The notes under the pieces: model-generated
Seen by the model: the letters and a program-made list of their open reading frames with translations, nothing else
Database searches by the model: none
What the model was told of the DNA's origin: nothing
Program-made: the position numbers and the translations under genes
From: Isurus oxyrinchus
Taxonomy: Eukaryota
Assembly: GCA_026770705.1 (NCBI GenBank)
Contig: JANJGN010000016.1
Coordinates: 87,110,001 to 87,174,000 of the forward strand
Reading direction: 5' to 3'
DNA: 64,000 nucleotides
Shown: in pieces, positions 14,378 through 28,000 of the stretch
Numbering within the stretch: position 1 is the stretch's first letter
Layout of the letters: each line of letters begins with the position of its first letter

Positions 14378-17300
14378 GTCAGGTAAGTGCTTGAGGGGGT
14401 ACAGTATCAGGCAAGTGGGATAGAGGTTAGAGTGTCGGGAAAGCAGGTGAGTGGTTAGGGTGGCTGGTAAGTGGGTGATGGAGTAGGGTGGCAGTCAAGA
14501 GCGTGAGGGGGTACTGTGTCAGGTGAGTGGGTAAGTGGGTAGGTTGTCAGGCAAGTGGGTGAGGGGGTAGTGGGTCACTACGTGGGTGAGGGGGGAGGGT
14601 GTCAGGCAAGTGAGTGAGGAGATAGAAAGTCAGGTAATTGGGTTAGTGTTAGGGTCACAGGCAGGTTGGTGAGGGGATGGGGTGGTAGGTAAATGTGTGA
14701 TGAAGTAGTGTGTCAGTCGATTGGGTGAGGGGGTAGAGTGGCAGGCAAGTGGGTGTTGGGCTATTGTGTCAGGTAAGTCCTTGAGGGGTATGGTGTCAGG
14801 CAAGTGGGCGAAGGGGTAGATTGTCAGGAACTAATGTGATGAGTACTGGGTCATGTAAGTGGGTGAGGGTGGCAGGCGAGGGTGTTGAGTGTCAGGCAAG
14901 TGGGTGACGTGGTAGGATGGCAGGCAAGTTTGTGAGGGGGTAGAGTGGCAGGCAAGTGTGTGAGGGTGTAGGGTGCCAGTAAAGTGCCTGAGAGGGTAGA
15001 GTGGCTGGTAAGATGGCCATGGGGTGGGGTGGCAGGCAAGTGGGTGAGTGGGTAGAGTGGCAGGTAAGTGGATGAGGGGTCAGAGTTGCAGGTAATTGGG
15101 TGAGGCTGTAGATTGGCAGGGAAGTGGGTTGGCGGGTAGTGTGACAGGCAAGTGGGGGAGGTGATAGAATGGCGGGTAAGTGGGTGAGGGGTTGTGTGCC
15201 TGGTAAATGTGTGAGAGGGTAGGGTGGCTGGTAAGTTGGCCAGGGGATAGTGTGGCAGGCAAGTGGGTGAGGGGGTAGATTGTCAGATAGGTGGGTTAGT
15301 GAGTAGAGTGAGTAGCATTTAGGTGAGGGGGTAGAGTGTCAGGTAAATGGGGGAGGGGGTAGGGTAGTAGGCAAGTGGGTGAAGGAGTAGATTGTCAGGG
15401 AAGTGGTTGAGGGGGTATTGTGGCAGGTAAGTGGGCGAGGGGTCAGAGTGTCAGGCAAGTGGGTGAGGTGATGGAATGGCAGCTAAGTGGATGAGAGAGT
15501 AGGGTGCCTGGTAAATGTGTGAGAGGGTAGGGTGGCTGGTAAGTTGTCCAGGGGGTAGGCTGGCAGGCAAGCGGGTGAGTGGGTAAAGTGGCAGGTAAGT
15601 GGATGAGGGGTCAGAGTGGCAGTCAAGTGGGTGAGGGGGTAGATTGTCTGATAGGTGGGTTAGTGGGTAGAGTGACAAGCATTTAAGTGAGGGGGGAGGG
15701 TGTCAGGCAAGTTAGTGAGGAGATAGAGAGTCAGGTAATTGGGTTAGTGTTAGGGTCACAGGCAGGTTGGTGAGGGGATGGGGTGGCAGGTAAATGTGTG
15801 ATGAAGTAGGGTGTCAGTCGATTGGGTGAGGGGGTAGAGTGGCAGGTGTGGGGGTATTGTGTCAGTTAAGTGCTTGAGGGGGTATGGTGTCAAGCAATAA
15901 GGTGAGGTTGTAGGGTGTCAGGCAATAAGTTGAGGGGATAAAGTGTCAGGCAAGAGGGCAAGGTGATAGAATTGAGTGGGTGTAGGGGCAGAGTGCCATG
16001 TAAGTGGGTGAGGGGTTAGAGTGCCATGTAAGTGGGTGAGGTAAGTTGGCCAGGGGGTAGGATGGCAGGCACATGGCTGCCTGGGTAGGTAAGTGGGTGA
16101 GTGGGTAGGGTGTCAGACAAGTGGGCGAGGGGGTATTTTGTCGGGTAAGTGGGTGGCGGGTAGAGTGTCAGGTAGTTGGGTGAGGGGGTAGGGCATCAGG
16201 CAAGTTGGTGAGGGGTTTGAGTGTCAGGTAAGTGGGCGAGGGGTTAGAGTGTCAGGTAAGTGGGAGAGGGGTTAGAGTGTCAGGTAAGTGGGTGAGGGGT
16301 TAGAGTGTCAGGTAAGTGTGTGAGGGGGCAGGTTGTCAGGCAAGTGGGTGAAGAATAGTGCGTCAGGCAAGTGTGTGAAGAGATAGAGGGTCAGGTAATT
16401 GGGTCAGGGTTAGGGTGGCAGGCAAGTTGGTGAGAGGGTGGGGTGGCAGGCAAGTTGGTGAGGGGGTAGAGTGTCAGGTAGGTGGATGAGGGGGTAGGGC
16501 GGTAGGTATGTGGGTGAGGGGTTAGAGTATCTGCTATGTGGGTGAGGGGTTAGAGAGTCAGGCAAGTGAGGAGGAGCGTAGAGTGTCAGGCAATTGGTAG
16601 AGAGTTTAAAGTATCAGCTAAGTGTGAGAGGGGGCAGGGTGTCAGGTAAGTGTGTGAGGGTTTACAGTATCAGGTAAGTGAGCGAGGGGGTAGGGTGGCA
16701 GGTATGTGGGTAAGGGGGTAGGGTGGCAGGTATGTGGGTAAGGGGATAGGGTTGCAAACAAGTTGCTGAGTGGGTAGAGTGTCAGGAAAGTGGGTGAGGG
16801 GCTAGGGTGGCAGGCAAGTGGGTCAGGGGGTAGTATGTCAGGTATGTGGGGGAGGGGGGTAGTGTGTCAGGTAAGTGGGTGAGGGGGGTAGAGTGTCAGA
16901 TAAATGGGTCAGGGATAAGGGTGGCAGGCAAAAGGGTGAAGGGGTAGATTGTCAGGAACTAATGTGATGGGTACTGGGTCATGTAAGTGGGTGAGGGTGG
17001 CAGGCGAGGGGGTTGAGTGTCAGGCTAGTGGGTGAGGTAGTTGTTTGACTGACAAGTGTGTGAGCAGGTAGGGTGCCAGTTAAGTGTGTGAGAGGGTAGG
17101 GTGGCTGGTAAGTTGGCCAGCGTGTAGGGTGGCAGGCAAGTGGGTGAATGGGTAGAGTGGCAGGTAAGTGGGTGAGGGGTCAGAGTGACAGGTAAGTGGG
17201 CGAGGTGGTAGAATGGCGGGTAAGTGGGTGAGGGGGTAGAGTGCCATGTAAGCGGGTGAGGGGTTAGGGTGGCAGGTAAGTTGGCCAGGGAGTAGGCTGG

Positions 17301-20300
17301 CAGGCACATGGGTGCGTGGGTGGAGTGGAGTGGCAGGTAAGAGGCTGAGGGGTTAGGGTGTCAAGTAAGTCGGTGAGTGGGTAGGGTGGCAGGAAAGTGG
17401 TTGAGGGGTTAGTGTGTCAGGTAAGTGCTGAGGTGGTACAGTGTCAGGTAAGTGTGTAAGTGGGTAGGTTGTCAGGCAAGTGGGTGAGGGGGTAGTGGGT
17501 CACTAAGTGGGTGAGGGGGGGAGGGTGCCAGGCAAGTGGGTGAGGGGGTAGTGTATCAGGTAAGTAGGTGAGGGGGTAGGGTGCCAGGCAAGTGTATGAT
17601 GGTGTAAGGTGGCAGGAATGTGGTTCAGTGGGGTAGGGTGGCAGGCAAGTTGGTGAAGGGGTAGAGTGTCAGGCATTTGGGCGAGGGGCAGTGTGTCAGG
17701 TAAGTGGGTGAGGTTGTAAAGTATCAGGTAACTGGACGAGGGGGTAGAGTGTCAGGCAAGTGGGTGAGAGTGTAGAGTGGCAGGTAGATGTGTGAAGGGG
17801 TAGGGCATCAGGCAAATAGGTGAGTGTGTAGGGTGTCAGACCAGTGGATGAGGGCGTAGCATGGCAGGCAAGTGAGTGTGGGGGTAGTGTGGCAGGCAAG
17901 GGGGTGAGTAGGTAGTGTGTCAGGTAAGTGGGTGAAGGGGCAAGATTGTCAGGTAAGTGCTTGAGGGGGTACAGTATCAGGCAAGTGGGATAGAGGTTAG
18001 AGTGTCGGGAAAGCAGGTGAGTGGTTAGGGTGGCTGGTAAGTGGGTGATGGAGTAGGGTGGCAGTCAAGAGCGTGAGGGGGTACTGTGTCAGGTGAGTGG
18101 GTAAGTGGGTAGGTTGTCAGGCAAGTGGGTGAGGGGGTAATGGGTCACTACGTGGGTGAGGGGGGAGGGTGTCAGGCAAGTGAGTGAGGAGATAGAAAGT
18201 CAGGTAATTGGGTTAGTGTTAGGGTCACAGGCAGGTTGGTGAGGGGATGGGGTGGTAGGTAAATGTGTGATGAAGTAGTGTGTCAGTCGATTGGGTGAGG
18301 GGGTAGAGTGGCAGGCAAGTGGGTGTTGGGCTATTGTGTCAGGTAAGTCCTTGAGGGGTATGGTGTCAGGCAAGTGGGCGAAGGGGTAGATTGTCAGGAA
18401 CTAATGTGATGAGTACTGGGTCATGTAAGTGGGTGAGGGTGGCAGGCGAGGGTGTTGAGTGTCAGGCAAGTGGGTGACGTGGTAGGATGGCAGGCAAGTT
18501 TGTGAGGGGGTAGAGTGGCAGGCAAGTGTGTGAGGGTGTAGGGTGCCAGTAAAGTGCCTGAGAGGGTAGAGTGGCTGGTAAGATGGCCATGGGGTGGGGT
18601 GGCAGGCAAGTGGGTGAGTGGGTAGAGTGGCAGGTAAGTGGATGAGGGGTCAGAGTTGCAGGTAATTGGGTGAGGCTGTAGATTGGCAGGGAAGTGGGTT
18701 GGCGGGTAGTGTGACAGGCAAGTGGGGGAGGTGATAGAATGGCGGGTAAGTGGGTGAGGGGTTGTGTGCCTGGTAAATGTGTGAGAGGGTAGGGTGGCTG
18801 GTAAGTTGGCCAGGGGATAGTGTGGCAGGCAAGTGGGTGAGGGGGTAGATTGTCAGATAGGTGGGTTAGTGAGTAGAGTGAGTAGCATTTAGGTGAGGGG
18901 GTAGAGTGTCAGGTAAATGGGGGAGGGGGTAGGGTAGTAGGCAAGTGGGTGAAGGAGTAGATTGTCAGGGAAGTGGTTGAGGGGGTATTGTGGCAGGTAA
19001 GTGGGCGAGGGGTCAGAGTGTCAGGCAAGTGGGTGAGGTGATGGAATGGCAGCTAAGTGGATGAGAGAGTAGGGTGCCTGGTAAATGTGTGAGAGGGTAG
19101 GGTGGCTGGTAAGTTGTCCAGGGGGTAGGCTGGCAGGCAAGCGGGTGAGTGGGTAAAGTGGCAGGTAAGTGGATGAGGGGTCAGAGTGGCAGTCAAGTGG
19201 GTGAGGGGGTAGATTGTCTGATAGGTGGGTTAGTGGGTAGAGTGACAAGCATTTAAGTGAGGGGGGAGGGTGTCAGGCAAGTTAGTGAGGAGATAGAGAG
19301 TCAGGTAATTGGGTTAGTGTTAGGGTCACAGGCAGGTTGGTGAGGGGATGGGGTGGCAGGTAAATGTGTGATGAAGTAGGGTGTCAGTCGATTGGGTGAG
19401 GGGGTAGAGTGGCAGGTGTGGGGGTATTGTGTCAGTTAAGTGCTTGAGGGGGTATGGTGTCAAGCAATAAGGTGAGGTTGTAGGGTGTCAGGCAATAAGT
19501 TGAGGGGATAAAGTGTCAGGCAAGAGGGCAAGGTGATAGAATTGAGTGGGTGTAGGGGCAGAGTGCCATGTAAGTGGGTGAGGGGTTAGAGTGCCATGTA
19601 AGTGGGTGAGGTAAGTTGGCCAGGGGGTAGGATGGCAGGCACATGGCTGCCTGGGTAGGTAAGTGGGTGAGTGGGTAGGGTGTCAGACAAGTGGGCGAGG
19701 GGGTATTTTGTCGGGTAAGTGGGTGGCGGGTAGAGTGTCAGGTAGTTGGGTGAGGGGGTAGGGCATCAGGCAAGTTGGTGAGGGGTTTGAGTGTCAGGTA
19801 AGTGGGCGAGGGGTTAGAGTGTCAGGTAAGTGGGAGAGGGGTTAGAGTGTCAGGTAAGTGGGTGAGGGGTTAGAGTGTCAGGTAAGTGTGTGAGGGGGCA
19901 GGTTGTCAGGCAAGTGGGTGAAGAATAGTGCGTCAGGCAAGTGTGTGAAGAGATAGAGGGTCAGGTAATTGGGTCAGGGTTAGGGTGGCAGGCAAGTTGG
20001 TGAGAGGGTGGGGTGGCAGGCAAGTTGGTGAGGGGGTAGAGTGTCAGGTAGGTGGATGAGGGGGTAGGGCGGTAGGTATGTGGGTGAGGGGTTAGAGTAT
20101 CTGCTATGTGGGTGAGGGGTTAGAGAGTCAGGCAAGTGAGGAGGAGCGTAGAGTGTCAGGCAATTGGTAGAGAGTTTAAAGTATCAGCTAAGTGTGAGAG
20201 GGGGCAGGGTGTCAGGTAAGTGTGTGAGGGTTTACAGTATCAGGTAAGTGAGCGAGGGGGTAGGGTGGCAGGTATGTGGGTAAGGGGGTAGGGTGGCAGG

Positions 20301-23300
20301 TATGTGGGTAAGGGGATAGGGTTGCAAACAAGTTGCTGAGTGGGTAGAGTGTCAGGAAAGTGGGTGAGGGGCTAGGGTGGCAGGCAAGTGGGTCAGGGGG
20401 TAGTATGTCAGGTATGTGGGGGAGGGGGGTAGTGTGTCAGGTAAGTGGGTGAGGGGGTAGAGTGTCAGATAAATGGGTCAGGGATAAGGGTGGCAGGCAA
20501 AAGGGTGAAGGGGTAGATTGTCAGGAACTAATGTGATGGGTACTGGGTCATGTAAGTGGGTGAGGGTGGCAGGCGAGGGGGTTGAGTGTCAGGCTAGTGG
20601 GTGAGGTAGTTGTTTGACTGACAAGTGTGTGAGCAGGTAGGGTGCCAGTTAAGTGTGTGAGAGGGTAGGGTGGCTGGTAAGTTGGCCAGCGTGTAGGGTG
20701 GCAGGCAAGTGGGTGAATGGGTAGAGTGGCAGGTAAGTGGGTGAGGGGTCAGAGTGACAGGTAAGTGGGCGAGGTGGTAGAATGGCGGGTAAGTGGGTGA
20801 GGGGGTAGAGTGCCATGTAAGCGGGTGAGGGGTTAGGGTGGCAGGTAAGTTGGCCAGGGAGTAGGCTGGCAGGCACATGGGTGCGTGGGTGGAGTGGAGT
20901 GGCAGGTAAGAGGCTGAGGGGTTAGGGTGTCAAGTAAGTCGGTGAGTGGGTAGGGTGGCAGGAAAGTGGTTGAGGGGTTAGTGTGTCAGGTAAGTGCTGA
21001 GGTGGTACAGTGTCAGGTAAGTGTGTAAGTGGGTAGGTTGTCAGGCAAGTGGGTGAGGGGGTAGTGGGTCACTAAGTGGGTGAGGGGGGAGGGTGCCAGG
21101 CAAGTGGGTGAGGGGGTAGTGTATCAGGTAAGTAGGTGAGGGGGTAGGGTGCCAGGCAAGTGTATGATGGTGTAAGGTGGCAGGAATGTGGTTCAGTGGG
21201 GTAGGGTGGCAGGCAAGTTGGTGAAGGGGTAGAGTGTCAGGCATTTGGGCGAGGGGCAGTGTGTCAGGTAAGTGGGTGAGGTTGTAAAGTATCAGGTAAC
21301 TGGACGAGGGGGTAGAGTGTCAGGCAAGTGGGTGAGAGTGTAGAGTGGCAGGTAGATGTGTGAAGGGGTAGGGCATCAGGCAAATAGGTGAGTGTGTAGG
21401 GTGTCAGACCAGTGGATGAGGGCGTAGCATGGCAGGCAAGTGAGTGTGGGGGTAGTGTGGCAGGCAAGGGGGTGAGTAGGTAGTGTGTCAGGTAAGTGGG
21501 TGAAGGGGCAAGATTGTCAGGTAAGTGCTTGAGGGGGTACAGTATCAGGCAAGTGGGATAGAGGTTAGAGTGTCGGGAAAGCAGGTGAGTGGTTAGGGTG
21601 GCTGGTAAGTGGGTGATGGAGTAGGGTGGCAGTCAAGAGCGTGAGGGGGTACTGTGTCAGGTGAGTGGGTAAGTGGGTAGGTTGTCAGGCAAGTGGGTGA
21701 GGGGGTAATGGGTCACTACGTGGGTGAGGGGGGAGGGTGTCAGGCAAGTGAGTGAGGAGATAGAAAGTCAGGTAATTGGGTTAGTGTTAGGGTCACAGGC
21801 AGGTTGGTGAGGGGATGGGGTGGTAGGTAAATGTGTGATGAAGTAGTGTGTCAGTCGATTGGGTGAGGGGGTAGAGTGGCAGGCAAGTGGGTGTTGGGCT
21901 ATTGTGTCAGGTAAGTCCTTGAGGGGTATGGTGTCAGGCAAGTGGGCGAAGGGGTAGATTGTCAGGAACTAATGTGATGAGTACTGGGTCATGTAAGTGG
22001 GTGAGGGTGGCAGGCGAGGGTGTTGAGTGTCAGGCAAGTGGGTGACGTGGTAGGATGGCAGGCAAGTTTGTGAGGGGGTAGAGTGGCAGGCAAGTGTGTG
22101 AGGGTGTAGGGTGCCAGTAAAGTGCCTGAGAGGGTAGAGTGGCTGGTAAGATGGCCATGGGGTGGGGTGGCAGGCAAGTGGGTGAGTGGGTAGAGTGGCA
22201 GGTAAGTGGATGAGGGGTCAGAGTTGCAGGTAATTGGGTGAGGCTGTAGATTGGCAGGGAAGTGGGTTGGCGGGTAGTGTGACAGGCAAGTGGGGGAGGT
22301 GATAGAATGGCGGGTAAGTGGGTGAGGGGTTGTGTGCCTGGTAAATGTGTGAGAGGGTAGGGTGGCTGGTAAGTTGGCCAGGGGATAGTGTGGCAGGCAA
22401 GTGGGTGAGGGGGTAGATTGTCAGATAGGTGGGTTAGTGAGTAGAGTGAGTAGCATTTAGGTGAGGGGGTAGAGTGTCAGGTAAATGGGGGAGGGGGTAG
22501 GGTAGTAGGCAAGTGGGTGAAGGAGTAGATTGTCAGGGAAGTGGTTGAGGGGGTATTGTGGCAGGTAAGTGGGCGAGGGGTCAGAGTGTCAGGCAAGTGG
22601 GTGAGGTGATGGAATGGCAGCTAAGTGGATGAGAGAGTAGGGTGCCTGGTAAATGTGTGAGAGGGTAGGGTGGCTGGTAAGTTGTCCAGGGGGTAGGCTG
22701 GCAGGCAAGCGGGTGAGTGGGTAAAGTGGCAGGTAAGTGGATGAGGGGTCAGAGTGGCAGTCAAGTGGGTGAGGGGGTAGATTGTCTGATAGGTGGGTTA
22801 GTGGGTAGAGTGACAAGCATTTAAGTGAGGGGGGAGGGTGTCAGGCAAGTTAGTGAGGAGATAGAGAGTCAGGTAATTGGGTTAGTGTTAGGGTCACAGG
22901 CAGGTTGGTGAGGGGATGGGGTGGCAGGTAAATGTGTGATGAAGTAGGGTGTCAGTCGATTGGGTGAGGGGGTAGAGTGGCAGGTGTGGGGGTATTGTGT
23001 CAGTTAAGTGCTTGAGGGGGTATGGTGTCAAGCAATAAGGTGAGGTTGTAGGGTGTCAGGCAATAAGTTGAGGGGATAAAGTGTCAGGCAAGAGGGCAAG
23101 GTGATAGAATTGAGTGGGTGTAGGGGCAGAGTGCCATGTAAGTGGGTGAGGGGTTAGAGTGCCATGTAAGTGGGTGAGGTAAGTTGGCCAGGGGGTAGGA
23201 TGGCAGGCACATGGCTGCCTGGGTAGGTAAGTGGGTGAGTGGGTAGGGTGTCAGACAAGTGGGCGAGGGGGTATTTTGTCGGGTAAGTGGGTGGCGGGTA

Positions 23301-25090
23301 GAGTGTCAGGTAGTTGGGTGAGGGGGTAGGGCATCAGGCAAGTTGGTGAGGGGTTTGAGTGTCAGGTAAGTGGGCGAGGGGTTAGAGTGTCAGGTAAGTG
23401 GGAGAGGGGTTAGAGTGTCAGGTAAGTGGGTGAGGGGTTAGAGTGTCAGGTAAGTGTGTGAGGGGGCAGGTTGTCAGGCAAGTGGGTGAAGAATAGTGCG
23501 TCAGGCAAGTGTGTGAAGAGATAGAGGGTCAGGTAATTGGGTCAGGGTTAGGGTGGCAGGCAAGTTGGTGAGAGGGTGGGGTGGCAGGCAAGTTGGTGAG
23601 GGGGTAGAGTGTCAGGTAGGTGGATGAGGGGGTAGGGCGGTAGGTATGTGGGTGAGGGGTTAGAGTATCTGCTATGTGGGTGAGGGGTTAGAGAGTCAGG
23701 CAAGTGAGGAGGAGCGTAGAGTGTCAGGCAATTGGTAGAGAGTTTAAAGTATCAGCTAAGTGTGAGAGGGGGCAGGGTGTCAGGTAAGTGTGTGAGGGTT
23801 TACAGTATCAGGTAAGTGAGCGAGGGGGTAGGGTGGCAGGTATGTGGGTAAGGGGGTAGGGTGGCAGGTATGTGGGTAAGGGGATAGGGTTGCAAACAAG
23901 TTGCTGAGTGGGTAGAGTGTCAGGAAAGTGGGTGAGGGGCTAGGGTGGCAGGCAAGTGGGTCAGGGGGTAGTATGTCAGGTATGTGGGGGAGGGGGGTAG
24001 TGTGTCAGGTAAGTGGGTGAGGGGGTAGAGTGTCAGATAAATGGGTCAGGGATAAGGGTGGCAGGCAAAAGGGTGAAGGGGTAGATTGTCAGGAACTAAT
24101 GTGATGGGTACTGGGTCATGTAAGTGGGTGAGGGTGGCAGGCGAGGGGGTTGAGTGTCAGGCTAGTGGGTGAGGTAGTTGTTTGACTGACAAGTGTGTGA
24201 GCAGGTAGGGTGCCAGTTAAGTGTGTGAGAGGGTAGGGTGGCTGGTAAGTTGGCCAGCGTGTAGGGTGGCAGGCAAGTGGGTGAATGGGTAGAGTGGCAG
24301 GTAAGTGGGTGAGGGGTCAGAGTGACAGGTAAGTGGGCGAGGTGGTAGAATGGCGGGTAAGTGGGTGAGGGGGTAGAGTGCCATGTAAGCGGGTGAGGGG
24401 TTAGGGTGGCAGGTAAGTTGGCCAGGGAGTAGGCTGGCAGGCACATGGGTGCGTGGGTGGAGTGGAGTGGCAGGTAAGAGGCTGAGGGGTTAGGGTGTCA
24501 AGTAAGTCGGTGAGTGGGTAGGGTGGCAGGAAAGTGGTTGAGGGGTTAGTGTGTCAGGTAAGTGCTGAGGTGGTACAGTGTCAGGTAAGTGTGTAAGTGG
24601 GTAGGTTGTCAGGCAAGTGGGTGAGGGGGTAGTGGGTCACTAAGTGGGTGAGGGGGGAGGGTGCCAGGCAAGTGGGTGAGGGGGTAGTGTATCAGGTAAG
24701 TAGGTGAGGGGGTAGGGTGCCAGGCAAGTGTATGATGGTGTAAGGTGGCAGGAATGTGGTTCAGTGGGGTAGGGTGGCAGGCAAGTTGGTGAAGGGGTAG
24801 AGTGTCAGGCATTTGGGCGAGGGGCAGTGTGTCAGGTAAGTGGGTGAGGTTGTAAAGTATCAGGTAACTGGACGAGGGGGTAGAGTGTCAGGCAAGTGGG
24901 TGAGAGTGTAGAGTGGCAGGTAGATGTGTGAAGGGGTAGGGCATCAGGCAAATAGGTGAGTGTGTAGGGTGTCAGACCAGTGGATGAGGGCGTAGCATGG
25001 CAGGCAAGTGAGTGTGGGGGTAGTGTGGCAGGCAAGGGGGTGAGTAGGTAGTGTGTCAGGTAAGTGGGTGAAGGGGCAAGATTGTCAGGT
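14378..25090. repeat. Higher-order repeat: three near-identical ~3.57 kb copies within the 28-bp satellite
   Basis: Identical ORFs recur at 14851/18421/21989 and 17025/20594/24162 (offsets 3568-3570). Confidence 0.93.
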
Positions 25091-28000
25091 AAATGGGTGA
25101 GGGGGTAGAGTGTCAGGCAAGTGGGTGAGAAGATAGGGTGGCAGGCAATTCGGTGAGGGGTTGGAATGGTAGGAAAGTGGGTGAGGGGGTAGGGTGGCAG
25201 GCAAGTGGGTTAGTAGGTAGTGTGTCAGGTAAGTGGGTGAAGGGGTAGGTGTCAGATAAATGTGTGAGGGGATAGACTGTCAGGTAAGTGGGTGAGGGGG
25301 GTAGAGTGTCTCGTAAGTGAGTGAGCGGTTAGAGTTAGGAGAATAGGTGAGGGGGTAGATTATCAGTCAAGTGAGTGAGGAGGTAGCGTTTCAGTTAAGT
25401 GGTTGAGGGGGTAGAGTGTCAGGTAAGTGTGTGAGGGTGTGGAGTATCAGGCAAGTGGGTGAGCGGTTAGTGTGTCAGGCAATTGGGCGAGGGGGCAGAG
25501 TGTCAGTAAGTGGTTGAGGGGGCAGAGTGTCAGTAAGTGGGTGAGGGGGTAGAGTGTCAGGCAAGTGGTGAGGGGATAGGGTGGCAGGCGAGGTGGTGGG
25601 GTGGCAGGCAAGTGGGTGAGGGGGGTAGTGTGAGAGGCAAGTGGGCAATGTGATAGAATGGCGGGTAATTGGGTAAGGGGGTGCCAAGTAAGTGTGTGAG
25701 AGGGTAGGGTGGCTGGTAAGATGGCCAGCATGTAGGGTGGCAGGCAAGTGGGTGAGTAGGTAGATTGGCAGGTAAGTGGGTGAGGGGTCAGAGTGGCATC
25801 AAGTGGGTGAGGGGGTAGAGTGGCAGGTAAGTGGTTGAGTGGTTAGATTGTCAGATAGGTGGATTCGTGGGTAGAGAGTCAAGCATTAAGGTGAGGGGGG
25901 TAGAGTGTCAGGTAAACGGATGAGTGGTTAGGGTGGCAGGTAAGTGGGTGATGGGATAAGGTGGCAGGCAAGAGGGTGAGGGGGTATTGTGGCAGGAAAG
26001 TAGTTGAGGGGGTAGTGTGTCAGCTAAGTGGTGAGGTGGTACAGTGTCAGGTAAGTGTGTAAGTGGGTAGGTTGTCAGGTAATTGGGCGAGGGGGTAGTG
26101 TATCAGGTGAGGTGGATGAGGGGATAGATTGTCAGGCCGGTGAGTGAGGGTGTAGGGCGGCAGGCAAGTGGGTGTGGGTGTAGTGTGTCAGGTAAGTCGG
26201 TGAGCGGGTAGCATTTCAGGTTAGTGGGTGAGGAGGTCGTGTAGCAGGTAAGTGGGTAAGGGGGTTGGGTGTCAGGCAAGTGGGTGAGGGTGTAGATTGT
26301 CAGGTAAGTGCGTGATGGGGGTAAAGGTCCAGACAAGTGGGATAGGGGTTAGACTGTCAGGTAAGTGAGTGAGGGGGTAGGGTGGCATGCAAGTGGTTGA
26401 GGGGGTAGAGGGTCAGGAAGTGGTTGAGGGGGTAGAGGGTCAGGAAGTGGGTGACGAGATAGAGTGTCAGGTAATTGTGTGAGGGGGCAGAGTGTCATTT
26501 AGTGGGAGAGGAAATAGGGTGGCAGGCAATTCGATGAGGTGTTGGAATGGCAGGCAAGTGTGTGAGGGGCTAGATTGACAGGTACGTGGGTGAGGGGGCA
26601 GAGTGTCAGGTAAGTTGGCGAGGGTGTAGATTGTCAGGTGAGTGGATGAGGGGGTAAGGTGGCAGGCAATTGGGTGAGGGGTTGGAATGGCTGGCAAGTG
26701 GGCGAGGGGGTAAGGTGTCAAGCAAGTGGGTGAGGGAGTAGAGTGGCTGTCAAATGGTTGAGCGGGTAGCGTGTCAGGTAAGTGGGTGAGGGGGTAGGGT
26801 GACATCCAAGTGGGTGAGGGGGTAGTGTGTCAGGTAAGTGGGTGAGGGGGTAGTGTGTCAGGTAAGTGGGTGAGGGGTTAGGGTGTCAGGTAAGTGAGTG
26901 AGGGGGTAAGATGGCAGGCAAGTGGGTGATGGGGTTTTGGTGGCAGGCGAGTGGGTGAGGCGTTATTGTGGCAGGCAAGTGGGGTAGGGAGTCATGAGTC
27001 AGATAAGTGTGTGAGGTGGTAGAGTGTCAGTTAAGTGGTTGAGTGAGTAGGATGGCAGGCAAGTGGGTGAGGGGGTAGTGGGTCACTACATGGGTGAGGG
27101 GGGAGGGTGTCAGGCAAGTGAGTGAGGAGATAGAGAGTCAGGTAATTGGGTTAGTGTTAGGGTCACAGGCAGGTTGGTGAGGGGGTGGGGTGGCAGGTAA
27201 ATGTGTGATGAAGTAGTGTGTCAGTCGATTGGGTGAGGGGGTAGAGTGGCAGGCAAGTGGGTGTTGGGCTATTGTGTCAGGTAAGTGCTTGAGTGGGTAC
27301 GGTGTCAGGCAGTAAGGTGAGGGGGTAGATTGTCAGGAACTAAGGTGATGGGTACAGTGTCATGTAAGTGGGTGAGGGTGGCAGGCGAGGGTGTTGAGTG
27401 TCAGGCAAGTGGGTGAGGTTGTAGGGTGGCAGGTAAGTGGGTGAGGGGTCAGAGTTGCAGGTAAATGGGTGAGGGAGTAGATTGGCAGGGAAGTGTGTGG
27501 GCAGGTAGTGTGACAGACAAGTGGGCCCGGTGATAAAATGGCGGGTAAGTGGGTGAGGGGGTAGGGTGCCTGGTAAATGTGTGAGAGGGAAGAGTGGCTG
27601 GTAAGTTGACCAGGGGATAGTGTGGCAGGCAAGTTGGTGAGGGGGTAGATTGTCAGATAGGTGGGTTAGTGAGTAGAGTGAGTAGCATTTAGGTGAGGGG
27701 GTAGAGTGTCAGGTAAATGGGGAAGGGTAAGGGTAGTAGGCAAGTGGGTGAAGAAGTAGATTGTCAGGGAAGTGGGTGAGGGGGATGGTGGCAGGCAAGG
27801 GGGCGAGAGGGTAGGGTGCCAAGTAAGAGTGTGAGAGGGTAGGGTGGTTGGTAAGTTGGCCTGGGAGTATGGTGGCAGGTAAGTGGGTGAGTGGTAGAGT
27901 GGCAGGTAAGTGGATGAGGGGTCAGAGTGGCAGTCAAGCGGGTGAGGGGGTAGATTGTCAGATAGGTGGGTTAGTGGGTAGAGTGTCAAGCAATTAGGTG

